NCBI GenBank assembly: GCA_025359215.1
Contig: JANYHE010000066.1
Coordinates: 8,539 to 72,538 of the forward strand
Length of the DNA: 64,000 nucleotides
Origin: Hyphomicrobiales bacterium
GTDB lineage: Bacteria > Pseudomonadota > Alphaproteobacteria > Rhizobiales > Aestuariivirgaceae
Direction: 5' to 3'
Below are positions 43,576 through 53,152 of the stretch, piece after piece (the stretch's first letter is position 1; every line of letters begins with the position of its first letter). A program made the translations under genes and the position numbers. The notes under the pieces were generated by a model, which had not been told where the DNA came from, did no database searches, and was given only the letters and a program-made list of their open reading frames with translations.

Positions 43576-44529
43576 ATGCTAACGCCGAAACGCCCTACGT
43601 TTATTTCAAAAATCCGACGCTCGATGGGGCGCAATAAAATTGATCTGCGCGAAAGTTTAGAAGGCGTCATTGCCAGCCATGACAATGAAGAAGGGGCGAC
43701 CTCTTCAATACCTGATGATGCCCGCTCGATGATGAAAAATCTTTTGGGCTTTGCTGATTTGCGCGTTGATGATGTGATGGTGCCACGCGCCAATATAATT
43801 GCCACTGAAGAAACGGATAATATGCGGGATCTTTTGGCGCAATTTATCGAGGCCAACCACTCGCGCGTTCCGATTTATCGTGAGTCACTTGATGATATAG
43901 TTGGCATGATCCATGTCAAAGATTATTTGCGCTGGATGGCAACCAAGGGCACCAAGAAGAAATCCAAGGGTGCTGTTGAAGCCGGCATCGCCTTGGCGGC
44001 AACAGAACTATCATCAACCATTAAACAACATTCCAGCATGATCCGCGATGTGCTTTATGTGCCGCCTTCCATGCCTGCGCCTGATTTACTGATTAAAATG
44101 AAAGCCTCTCACATTCATTTGGCTGTTGTTGTTGATGAATATGGCGGCACCGATGGGCTCATTTCACTAGAAGATTTGGTGGAAGAAATTATCGGCGATA
44201 TTGCTGATGAGCATGACACCGATGCCGAAGAGGGCATGATCAGAAAGCAGGCTGATAATATCTATGTGGCGAGTGCCTTAATCAGCATTTCTACATTGGA
44301 TGATATGTTCAGTGTGGATCTTCTCTCTGATGATCAGGAAGATGAGGCCGATACGTTAGGGGGCCTCATATTCGAAATGGCTGGGCGGGTGCCCACGCGC
44401 GGCGAGATTATTCGGCATCCTTCAGGTCTGGAATTTGAAATTCTCGAGTCTGATCCTCGCCGGGTCAAACGCGTTCGAATTCATGTGAAGCCCGTGGGAT
44501 CACCTCAGGATGAAACCGCAAGCGGTTAA
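43576..44529 (+). CDS. corC: CBS/CorC (TlyC-like) Mg/Co transport-associated protein
   Basis: DVMVPR, HSRVPIY, VVDEYGGTDG, EDLVEEIIGDI. Confidence 0.88.
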   Translation: MLTPKRPTFISKIRRSMGRNKIDLRESLEGVIASHDNEEGATSSIPDDARSMMKNLLGFADLRVDDVMVPRANIIATEETDNMRDLLAQFIEANHSRVPIYRESLDDIVGMIHVKDYLRWMATKGTKKKSKGAVEAGIALAATELSSTIKQHSSMIRDVLYVPPSMPAPDLLIKMKASHIHLAVVVDEYGGTDGLISLEDLVEEIIGDIADEHDTDAEEGMIRKQADNIYVASALISISTLDDMFSVDLLSDDQEDEADTLGGLIFEMAGRVPTRGEIIRHPSGLEFEILESDPRRVKRVRIHVKPVGSPQDETASG

Positions 44530-44532
44530 ACT

Positions 44533-44874
44533 TTAAGTGCGGTTATAGGCATCATCGTATCGAATGATATCATCTTCGCCGAGGTAATCTCCAAACTGAA
44601 CTTCGATGATTTCAACTTCACCATCATGCATGTTTTCTAAGCGGTGCTTTTCACCAAGCGCAATATCAACAGCTTCGCCCCGCTTCATCGTCAGAACCCT
44701 GTCACCTACGGTGACTGTGGCCGTGCCATTAACCACGGTCCAGTGTTCAGCCCGGTGTTTATGGCTTTGCAAGGAAAGACGCCCGCCCTTGACCACAACA
44801 ATGCGCTTAACCTTGAAGCCGGGCTTTTCGTCGAGGACATGGAAGCTTCCCCAAGGACGGTTTTCGCTATACAT
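44533..44874 (-). CDS. stand-alone type II mannose-6-phosphate isomerase cupin domain
   Basis: RPWG, LSLQSHKHRAEHW, HRLEN, IEVQFGDYLGEDDIIRYDD. Confidence 0.85.
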   Translation of the reverse strand: MYSENRPWGSFHVLDEKPGFKVKRIVVVKGGRLSLQSHKHRAEHWTVVNGTATVTVGDRVLTMKRGEAVDIALGEKHRLENMHDGEVEIIEVQFGDYLGEDDIIRYDDAYNRT

Positions 44875-44914
44875 TGACTATTGCTCCGCTCTTAAAACAA
44901 TTAAATTGGGGCAA

Positions 44915-44943
44915 TTGACGTCCGGGCCCACTCCGACTATAAG
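44915..44943 (+). promoter_or_regulatory. sigma70-type promoter of rpsT
   Basis: TTGACG-N17-TATAAG. Confidence 0.7.
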
Positions 44944-45041
44944 CCCGCCATCGTAGGAGGTGCAGGGTTGATTTCGCAATAGATAATTATGCGAAAATGA
45001 TCTAGGTGCACCTTTGTTTTGTTTTTAACTTAGGAACCATA

Positions 45042-45308
45042 ATGGCCAATACCTCGTCAGCCAAGAAAGCTACTCGCGCCTCTGCACGCCGTGCAGAAGT
45101 GAACCAAAATCGCACCAGCCGTGTGCGCACCACTGTGCGCAAGGTTGAAGAAGCTATTATTTCTGGCGCAAAGCCAGCCGCTGAAGCCGCTTTGGCTGCA
45201 GCAGTTCCTGAAGTGATGCGCGGCGCCCAGAAGGGCATCATGCACAAGAATGCTGCTTCTCGCAAAGTTTCTCGCCTCACATTGCGCGTACGGGCCATGC
45301 AAAGCTAA
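45042..45308 (+). CDS. rpsT: 30S ribosomal protein S20
   Basis: [17 protein letters not shown]. Confidence 0.97.
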   Translation: MANTSSAKKATRASARRAEVNQNRTSRVRTTVRKVEEAIISGAKPAAEAALAAAVPEVMRGAQKGIMHKNAASRKVSRLTLRVRAMQS

Positions 45309-45342
45309 ACCTGACTGAATTTTATTCAGTTAGATTAATTTG

Positions 45343-45376
45343 AACGCCGCAGACATTGTTTGCGGCGTTTTTATTT
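45343..45376 (+). terminator. intrinsic terminator after rpsT
   Basis: AACGCCGCAGAC-att-GTTTGCGGCGTT then TTTATTT. Confidence 0.75.
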
Positions 45377-45976
45377 GTCCGAATACGGAAAGTTATAAAC
45401 AGAAAAAATCATTTTGAATCATTCACTTGTGGGCAATAGGATTAATAACCGAAAAAAACTTCGCCGAAAATGTGAATCGGAAACTACAAAACGCACTTTT
45501 TTTGCCGCGACAGGTCCGAGCTCGCCCCCTAACCTGATAAATTTTAAGCCTTAACTTCATGAGCTTGCGACCTGCTTGTCATGTTAAAATTCTCGTCAAG
45601 GATTAACTGATCTGTTCCGTATACGGACTTTTTGTTGAATCTGGTTGCAGCGTTGCAAGAGATTTTTGTAGCTTGCGTCCAAGTTATCGCCCCCAGAAAT
45701 CTGGGGATAGAATAACACGGGGGCTGGTGTGTCTGCGGGCTGTGTAAAGTCTGTTGAGCTGGCATGTTTTAGACTGAATAAACGCGAAATCTTAGATTTT
45801 GTGGTTGGGGAATGTTGTTTTGGCAATGGTATATTAGGTTTGAAGTACAGCTTTGTTGGTTGACAAAGTGGGAAACACAAAAGTTCAATAATTTGCAGAA
45901 CAATATCGCTCGACGCGTGGCCGTGTCGGGGATGACATTGTGTTGTTCTGCGCTACATTAGGAAGCGGCTGAGATT

Positions 45977-47419
45977 ATGACTACAACTGTTGCAAATTCG
46001 ACAAATCACACCCTCAAAGACCAATGGCACCGGATTGCCCAAAGGTTGAAGGCGGAATTGGGTGATGATCTCTTTAACAGTTGGTTTGCGCGGATGGATG
46101 CTGAAGATGTGGGCCAGGGACAACTCACTGTTTCGGTTCCAACGCGTTTCTTGCGCAGCTGGATTGAAAACCACTATTTGTCGAAACTGCATAAGATCGC
46201 CGAAGCTGAAATTGGCGCGCTGGAAGGGGTTCAAGTGCGTGTGCGCATTCAAGGCGAAGCCTCGCGTGCCAATGGCCAAGGCCCATCAGAAGTGCAGCGG
46301 CCTGTTGCAGCGCCCGTGGAGCGCAATGCGGCTGTGGCTGCTCAGATTAACACATTCCTGACGGCTGAACGCGGTGGCATGGCCGATGAAAGTCAAACTT
46401 TTGATTCCTTTATAGTGGGGTCTTCCAATCAACTGGCCCACGCCGCAGCCATGCGCGTGGCCAATGCGGCTTCGGGCGCTGCCCTCACGTTTAATCCGCT
46501 GTTTATCCATTCAGCAGCCGGCCTTGGCAAAACTCATCTTCTCAATGCCGTGGCTCACCGGGTGCGCACGCAACAACCGGGTCGGAAGGTTTTGATGCTG
46601 ACGGCTGAACGCTTCATGTATGGCTTTATTCATGCCATCAGGCAGCGCGATACTCTGGCGTTCAAAGATCAATTTCAATCCATCGACGTCTTGTTGATTG
46701 ATGATTTTCAGTTCTTGCAAGGCAAGGCCATTCAGCAGGAATTCTGCCATGCCTTTAATTCGCTGGTCGACTCTAAACGCCAAGTCATTGTGGCCGCTGA
46801 TGTGCCGCCAGCTCAACTTGATTCCATTGATCAACGCATGCGCTCACGCCTGATGGGCGGGTTGGTGATCGACATTGAAACACCAGATTTAGAGCAGCGC
46901 CGCATGATCATCGATGTTCGCCACAATGCCATGCTGAATGGCGATCTTGCGGGAGCGATTGCGCCCGACGTTTTGGAATTGATTTCAAACCGCATTACAG
47001 GCGGTGGGCGTGAACTTGAGGGAGCCCTCAACCGGGTTATGGCCTACCAACAATTCAATAAATCAGCGATCACACTTGATCTTGCCTCGATGGTGCTGCG
47101 CGATGCTGCAGGCACAGCAGATTTGGGCCGTATCAAAATTGATGATATTTTAAAAATCGTGGGCCGCCATTACAACGTGGGCCGGACGGATCTCTTGTCG
47201 CCGCGCCGCGCCAGAGCTGTAGTGGTTCCGCGCCAGATTGGCATGTATTTGGCCAAGAAACTCACAGCGCGCTCTCTGCCTGAAATTGGCCGCCGGTTTG
47301 GTGGGCGTGATCACTCTACGGTGCTGCATGCTGTGCGGAAAATTGATGAGCAAATTAAAGGTGACGAAAAAATGGCCCGTGAAGTGGCTTTGCTCATTAG
47401 GTTGGTAGAGCAGCAATAG
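45977..47419 (+). CDS. dnaA: chromosomal replication initiator
   Basis: FNPLFIH, GLGKTHLL, LLIDDFQFL, RELEGAL, SLPEIGRRFGGRDHSTVLHA. Confidence 0.98.
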   Translation: MTTTVANSTNHTLKDQWHRIAQRLKAELGDDLFNSWFARMDAEDVGQGQLTVSVPTRFLRSWIENHYLSKLHKIAEAEIGALEGVQVRVRIQGEASRANGQGPSEVQRPVAAPVERNAAVAAQINTFLTAERGGMADESQTFDSFIVGSSNQLAHAAAMRVANAASGAALTFNPLFIHSAAGLGKTHLLNAVAHRVRTQQPGRKVLMLTAERFMYGFIHAIRQRDTLAFKDQFQSIDVLLIDDFQFLQGKAIQQEFCHAFNSLVDSKRQVIVAADVPPAQLDSIDQRMRSRLMGGLVIDIETPDLEQRRMIIDVRHNAMLNGDLAGAIAPDVLELISNRITGGGRELEGALNRVMAYQQFNKSAITLDLASMVLRDAAGTADLGRIKIDDILKIVGRHYNVGRTDLLSPRRARAVVVPRQIGMYLAKKLTARSLPEIGRRFGGRDHSTVLHAVRKIDEQIKGDEKMAREVALLIRLVEQQ

Positions 47420-47552
47420 TCTTGGTTGGGTGAAGAGCGTTCCTCATTTTATGATATGTCGCATTAGTGTGGTGTGACGGCGATCTCGTACATGCGGACG
47501 GCTCATCTTCGCGGCCTTGTGGTAATTGTAAAACCCACAAGGATGAGACGCT

Positions 47553-50264
47553 ATGATGATCGTCGATGTGATGCTGGCTCAACGTCAGAAGGCTTTGGAC
47601 ATTACCCTAGCGGGGCCTCCGCAACGCACTTCCAATCCATTCTTTGGTGTGGGCCCTATCACTGATGGTGCGCTTAACGAAACTGATAGTAAAAATATCC
47701 GGCGTGATTTTGAGCGTTGGATTGGCCAAACCTATCGTAAGTTTGATGATCTGGGTCATGATATAGGCCCCTTCACGGTTGCGGAGCTTGGCCGCTCCAT
47801 GCACCGCGGATATCCCGCTGATAAGGTCATCCTCGATATGATGCGCGAAATTCATCGCTATTTTGGCTTTGCCAAATCCAATCGCATGGCTGTGGGTTTG
47901 GGAGGGGGGCATTCCGGCTTTACAGTTTGCGCCCTGCATCTGATCACCGCGTCAGATTCTAATCAGCATATATTCATTGATACGCCAGAACCAGAATCAG
48001 AAACTGCCAAATCAGGTGGGTTTTTCAGACAGTCGTGGGGTGCACAACTTGTTGAGCTGATGCGCCTAAGCAAAGCAGGCAATGAATCGCGCCTTCATTT
48101 TGCAAACGAAGAGGGCCACATTCCCAGTGCCAAAACGCTTGCGGAAAAGGGGATCAAGCTTTTCTTTGGTGTGGGGCATGAAACAACTGGCGCTACCACC
48201 TATTGCCAATCCGACATTACAAACCTGCTTGAATGGCTGGACTTGAACCCAATGGAACATCATGCCGTTTTGGACGCGACATCAATGTTAGGTGCCATGC
48301 CTTGGGATGACGACACGATTAAAGCGGTTATGGAAAAATGCTGCCTTTTCTCGCCATTCCAAAAAGCCATTGGCGGAATTTCAGGTTATTATATCGCAAA
48401 CTTCACGCCCGCTGCACTCGCCTTGATTGAGGCCAATCAACAGTTTCCCTGCTTTGCGATTCCTCGACAATTAAAATTAGCAACGCCCCTTGATGCCAAG
48501 AAACCCCTTACAGGACAGCGCAGCATCAATATTGGTCCGTTCTATGATCCATTGAAAGACAAGATGTTGGGCGGGGTGATCAACACGTTTTCCACTTTGG
48601 CTTTTGCTGAAACCACTTTCGGCTTGTTGCGCATGGAGCGCATTCTCGGCGACATAAAAACTCTCAATCAACGCTCGCGTGAAAACCGACAGGTGATCGA
48701 CGGTTGGATTGCGCAGAACGATCTTCTAGCGCTGGGTGTGGCCGACGCCTCGCGCCGTGGCACAGCTGTAACACTGCTAAAAATAAATGATCCTGATATT
48801 CAAAGTGTTGAGATCCACGCCCGCATTTTGCAACGCTCTAAGCAGCTGCTTTCTTATGAGGGTATCACTCACCCCAGTGGGGAGCGTGAGGAGGGCTTGG
48901 ATGTGGCGCGTTATGTGAATGCTTTTCCAGGGACACCGGGAGACTACCGGGCTTGGATTGGTGGCATTCGTTCGCCATCAGATGTCATCGCATTGCTCGA
49001 GAATTTAAGATATGCCTATTTGCGCGCCAAGATCGTGGTTCTCGAAGAAGAGCTCTCAAAGCATGACGTGACCTTCAAAGTGCCAGCATTGGAGCGCGCC
49101 GTTAAAGTTCTCATTTGTGATTTGATTGGACTTAAATTTTCTACGGATGGCAAACCAGACCCTTCAGAAGTGAAGACGTATATTGAAGCCAAAGGCGGCG
49201 TATTTCATTTTGAGCCTGCATCTGAAACGGGCGATTACGCCGCTGGCAAAATTCACTTCTTCTATGTTCCCGATCTTTCAACCGAAGCCGAAATTCTGCC
49301 GATTACCAATCGCGGCCAATATGATGCCGTGATTGCAGCAGCAACCGCTTTGCCCAAAGCTTCACTTTTTCAATTGGGGGGCGTGCGAATTGGAGCAGGC
49401 ACTGGTAACATGGGCTCTGCTTCATGGGGAGGCGGCAACGGGGTGGGTGGCGTTGCACCCTTGATGAACACACCCGGATTTAACAGCCGGGCAACTGCGC
49501 AAATGGCTTTCAAAGCCCTGTTGCGCGCGTGGCCTGATTTGCCTGTGCAGGAATTACACAGGCGCAGCATCGCAGGTGAATTTGATACGGGCCGAGATTT
49601 AAAATTGTTTCCGACTGAAAAGCTGGAAGGCAAAGTGATGGCCATTTTGGGTTATGGCAATATCGGTCGCGAGGTGGCGAAGCTGGCACAGGCTTTTGGA
49701 TTGAAAGTCAAAATCTATGCTAGAGCGCACCACCAGTCTCGCATTGAAGGTGACGGTTTTGCCTATGCCGCAACAGCCCAAGCCGCGGCGCAAGATGCAA
49801 ATATTTTGAGTGTTCACACCGGTCTTGGCACGCGCGATAGTTCAAGCCATGTCTTTGCCAATGCAGGAATTGTGAATGCGGATGTTTTAAATGTGATGGC
49901 GGAGAATTCAGTGTTGCTCAATTATGACCGCGGTGAATGTGTCGATACGGAAGGTCTTGATGCGGCCATGGCATCTGGAAAAATTTTGCGCACCGCAATT
50001 GATGCTGATATTTTTAAATCCAGCGATGGCCAATTATCTGGGCCACTGGTTCCCTATTTGCCGCTTGCAGAAAAATATCCGGGTCGCATTGAACTTCTGC
50101 CCCATGCCGCAGCTGATACGGACCATCCCTCACGGGTGGCTGGTGCCAAACAGGCTGTGGACCAGATTATGGATTGCATTCTGAATAACCGTGTCACCAA
50201 TTTAAAAGGTGATCTGCCTCACGGTTATGTGAATGCCGGAGTAAAACTAGGCACCGCCGATTAG
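47553..50264 (+). CDS. 903-aa fusion: SerC-like PLP aminotransferase (aa ~22-495) + D-2-hydroxyacid dehydrogenase (aa ~517-903)
   Basis: N-half: LGRSMHR, LDATS, SPFQK(271)AIGG, INTFS, YRAWIG. C-half: [32 protein letters not shown]. Confidence 0.8.
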   Translation: MMIVDVMLAQRQKALDITLAGPPQRTSNPFFGVGPITDGALNETDSKNIRRDFERWIGQTYRKFDDLGHDIGPFTVAELGRSMHRGYPADKVILDMMREIHRYFGFAKSNRMAVGLGGGHSGFTVCALHLITASDSNQHIFIDTPEPESETAKSGGFFRQSWGAQLVELMRLSKAGNESRLHFANEEGHIPSAKTLAEKGIKLFFGVGHETTGATTYCQSDITNLLEWLDLNPMEHHAVLDATSMLGAMPWDDDTIKAVMEKCCLFSPFQKAIGGISGYYIANFTPAALALIEANQQFPCFAIPRQLKLATPLDAKKPLTGQRSINIGPFYDPLKDKMLGGVINTFSTLAFAETTFGLLRMERILGDIKTLNQRSRENRQVIDGWIAQNDLLALGVADASRRGTAVTLLKINDPDIQSVEIHARILQRSKQLLSYEGITHPSGEREEGLDVARYVNAFPGTPGDYRAWIGGIRSPSDVIALLENLRYAYLRAKIVVLEEELSKHDVTFKVPALERAVKVLICDLIGLKFSTDGKPDPSEVKTYIEAKGGVFHFEPASETGDYAAGKIHFFYVPDLSTEAEILPITNRGQYDAVIAAATALPKASLFQLGGVRIGAGTGNMGSASWGGGNGVGGVAPLMNTPGFNSRATAQMAFKALLRAWPDLPVQELHRRSIAGEFDTGRDLKLFPTEKLEGKVMAILGYGNIGREVAKLAQAFGLKVKIYARAHHQSRIEGDGFAYAATAQAAAQDANILSVHTGLGTRDSSSHVFANAGIVNADVLNVMAENSVLLNYDRGECVDTEGLDAAMASGKILRTAIDADIFKSSDGQLSGPLVPYLPLAEKYPGRIELLPHAAADTDHPSRVAGAKQAVDQIMDCILNNRVTNLKGDLPHGYVNAGVKLGTAD

Positions 50265-51203
50265 CACCCCCGTCATAAACACCAGCGCCCCTCCAACAGC
50301 AATTTGCAGTGCTGCTTTAACAAAGGGCGTATCCATATATTTCCAGCGAATCCAAGAAATCACACCCAGCTCAACAATGACTACGGCCACGGCGAGGATA
50401 AAGGCGGCATGAAAATCACTCAGTAAGAACGGGAGCGTGTGGCCGATACCGCCCACCGCTGTCATGATGCCTGATGCAAGACCACGAATAAGAGGATGAC
50501 CACGGCCTGTGAGTTCGCCATCGTCAGAAAGGCCTTCAGCAAGCCCCATTGAAATGCCCGCACCCACCGATGCTGCGACTCCGACGAGAAATGTCTGCCA
50601 CGTGTTGCTGGTGGCAAATGCGGCGGCGAAAATTGGTGCTAAAGTGGAGACGGATCCATCCATCAAACCAACAAGACCGGGCTGCACCACCTGCAACAGA
50701 AACAAGCGGCGCTGGGTTTCATTCTCGTCGATTTTTGCATCTGTTGTTAGGTGTTCAAGACCCAGTTTTGAAGCCAAAGATTCGTGGCCTTTTTCTGCCT
50801 CGGCCAAATCTGTGAGTAGCTTTTTAACCTGAGGATCATCTGAGCGTTCTGCTGCTTGGGTGTAAAATCGATAGTTCTCAAGCTCAATCACCTCAGCGCG
50901 TCTGCGCATAGCATCAATGCCCAGTTTGTTAAGCATCCAAGCAGGTTTATGTTTCACAAAGCCATTAATATCGGCCCGCCTGATCAGCGGAATGTATTCG
51001 CCAAACTTCTTTGCATAGAGCTCCGTCAGGCTGCGGCGGTGTTCATGCTCTTCTTCGGCCATTTCAAAAAACACTTTGGCCGAAGCAGGATAATCGCCAA
51101 TCAAGGCGTGGGCAAAGCCAGCATAGGACCGCGCATCATCGTCTTCACTCGAAATGGCAAGCGCTATAATTTCTTGTTCAGTTAAATCAGAAAACGTTTT
51201 CAA
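50247..51203 (-). CDS. mbfA: membrane-bound ferritin-like iron exporter (erythrin + VIT1/CCC1)
   Basis: [48 protein letters not shown] start at 51203 with GAGG RBS. Confidence 0.93.
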   Translation of the reverse strand: MKTFSDLTEQEIIALAISSEDDDARSYAGFAHALIGDYPASAKVFFEMAEEEHEHRRSLTELYAKKFGEYIPLIRRADINGFVKHKPAWMLNKLGIDAMRRRAEVIELENYRFYTQAAERSDDPQVKKLLTDLAEAEKGHESLASKLGLEHLTTDAKIDENETQRRLFLLQVVQPGLVGLMDGSVSTLAPIFAAAFATSNTWQTFLVGVAASVGAGISMGLAEGLSDDGELTGRGHPLIRGLASGIMTAVGGIGHTLPFLLSDFHAAFILAVAVVIVELGVISWIRWKYMDTPFVKAALQIAVGGALVFMTGVLIGGA

Positions 51204-51229
51204 GTGGACCTCATGCTGTAAAATCACAC

Positions 51230-51246
51230 ATTAGAACGATTCTAAA
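51230..51246. promoter_or_regulatory. Irr iron control element (ICE) upstream of mbfA
   Basis: ATTAGAACGATTCTAAA matches TTTRGAAYNRTTCYAAA at 16/17 positions, 27 bp upstream of the mbfA start. Confidence 0.85.
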
Positions 51247-51257
51247 AACGTTCAAGA

Positions 51258-51689
51258 TCACTTTGGATGGATAACGCCTTTTCTCAGAATAATATTGCCA
51301 TAGAGCCGCGCCTCGCTGGTGGCGACAATGGCATAGCAACTTTTGACGCGGCTATAGAATTCAGCGCCGATCAAAACTGCGAGGTGCCGCTTTGGTTCGT
51401 ATTGCTTAACAACATTTTCAAAATCAACGAATACGGGCTCCATCCGCCTAGGATCATTCTGAGCTGCGGGGCGAAACGCACAATCAGGAACCATTTCATC
51501 CAGTGGCATTACGGATAAGATTGCATCCAGAATATCTGTGGCACTGTGGCCATCCATGCGCACGAGGCGCTTTGCATCGGTGTCAGCCGGGTAATTGCCA
51601 TCGACAATGGCAATTTCATCGCCGTGCCCCATGGCTCTCAAGACTTTGAGAAGCTCGGGTCCGAGCAGCGGGTTAATTCCTTTAAGCAT
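51258..51689 (-). CDS. RbsD/FucU family sugar mutarotase/pyranase
   Basis: MLKGINPLLGPELL, MGHGDEI, FYSRVK, YGNIILRKGV. Confidence 0.9.
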   Translation of the reverse strand: MLKGINPLLGPELLKVLRAMGHGDEIAIVDGNYPADTDAKRLVRMDGHSATDILDAILSVMPLDEMVPDCAFRPAAQNDPRRMEPVFVDFENVVKQYEPKRHLAVLIGAEFYSRVKSCYAIVATSEARLYGNIILRKGVIHPK

Positions 51690-52914
51690 GGGCGGCCTCT
51701 TTAAATAAAACGTCACGATCAATGATGAAATTTGCAAATAAGGGCAGGCTTGCTGCCCCCATTGCTCTGGCGTCGGTGCCCATTAGCCCTTCTGCAATTT
51801 GAAGCGGAGCGATACCGCGTTGGTCAAGCTCTGCCATTTTAGCCTGTGTGCCAGCAATGATGCGGCGGCGCACATCAGAAGGAATGGCCCCATCAATGAT
51901 AATGGCTTCAAACTCAACAACGGAGGCTGCAACGAGGCAAGCATAGGCCAAGCTGCGGGATGTTCCCTCAATCCACTTTTCCAGTGCGGGGCCAACCATG
52001 CTCCAGTCGTCAAGATTATTAGACAAGATCAAAGGGTCACGACCCTCAGCCACGAGCATGCGTTCTAACTGATAAGTTGAGGCGTGGCGGATGAGCTGCT
52101 CTGGACCATTTGCGCCGGGCACGGGGATGGGCCCCATGGCGCCCGCATATCCCGTGCGCCCTTGAAACAAAGCGCCATTAAGAACGATACCGCCGCCGAT
52201 AAAAAAGCCGATGTAAAAATAGGCAAAATCACGGTAGGAATGACCTTTGCCAAAAAATAATTCAGCAGCACAGGCCGCCGTAGCATCGTTGCAGGGAAAG
52301 ACAGGAAAATCGCAGAGTTTGGAAAGTTCCCCATCCAGATCAAAGCCGCGCCACGCTTCCAAAACATCATGCGGTGCGCCCACTTCTTCTTCCCAATTCC
52401 AAAGTTCAAAAGGTGCTGCAATGCCTAAGCCAGAAATACGCGAACGCAACTCTGGTGCCAAAGCTGCTACCAACTTTGCGATGCCATTGTTTGCAAAAGT
52501 CATGAATTCACTGGGTGAAGGAAAATGATAATGTTGGCGCACCGTGGCTCGCACATTTCCGGCAAGATCCAGCAACATCAAATCGCCAGACCGCCTGCCC
52601 ACTTTGAGCCCGATTGAAAAGGCACCATCAGGGTTTAATGTGAAAGGCGTCAATGGTTGGCCCACTTTGCCGCGCTGTGGTTTGCCTTTGATCACGAGGT
52701 TGTCTTTTTCCAGCAGGCGAACAATGACAGAAACTGTTTGGGCTGAAAGCCCTGTCAAGCGCGCCAATTCAGCTTTGGGCACCGCGCCATGTTTGCGGAT
52801 CAGTGAAAGAACCAAACGCTCATTATAAAGCCTCACCCCGGTTTGGGTTGTGCCACGCGCCAAGGTTGGCCCGTTGAGTGTGCCTTTTTCAGCCAAATTG
52901 CGTTCAATATTCAC
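51682..52914 (-). CDS. frcR: ROK-family transcriptional regulator (FrcR-like)
   Basis: YNERLVL, LSAQTVS, NDATAACAAE, GGGIVLNG; divergent from frcB. Confidence 0.8.
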   Translation of the reverse strand: MNIERNLAEKGTLNGPTLARGTTQTGVRLYNERLVLSLIRKHGAVPKAELARLTGLSAQTVSVIVRLLEKDNLVIKGKPQRGKVGQPLTPFTLNPDGAFSIGLKVGRRSGDLMLLDLAGNVRATVRQHYHFPSPSEFMTFANNGIAKLVAALAPELRSRISGLGIAAPFELWNWEEEVGAPHDVLEAWRGFDLDGELSKLCDFPVFPCNDATAACAAELFFGKGHSYRDFAYFYIGFFIGGGIVLNGALFQGRTGYAGAMGPIPVPGANGPEQLIRHASTYQLERMLVAEGRDPLILSNNLDDWSMVGPALEKWIEGTSRSLAYACLVAASVVEFEAIIIDGAIPSDVRRRIIAGTQAKMAELDQRGIAPLQIAEGLMGTDARAMGAASLPLFANFIIDRDVLFKEAAHA

Positions 52915-52996
52915 TTTAACTTCCTGTCTTGCCTGTTAATCCGGCAAGTTAGCACCTTTGGGAAGACTTTCTCGCATGATGGTTTAACTGTCAAAC

Positions 52997-53025
52997 AATA
53001 AATCATTTGGATTTACTTATTGACA
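52997..53025. promoter_or_regulatory. putative FrcR operator abutting the frcB -35
   Basis: Palindrome AATAAATC-N5-GATTTACT (one mismatch) at 52997-53017; TTGACA at 53020-53025. Confidence 0.6.
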
Positions 53026-53152
53026 GGTTCGCATTTTTCCGTCCATGATGTGGAATGAAGGCAGGGCAAGCGGGAAACGCATGCCCTTCAATCATAAGAT
53101 AGTCAGTTGATACTTTTGGCCCTGCATGGGCCGTTCCATGGGAGGAATTCTA

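Noticed and set aside
45377-45976. Replication origin next to dnaA
   Set aside because: No perfect TTATCCACA/TGATCCACA box. Only degenerate matches are present (TTATAAACA 45393, TGGGGATAG 45702, TGTGTAAAG 45741), and many alphaproteobacterial origins lie elsewhere (hemE region). It would need genome-wide GC skew to revisit.
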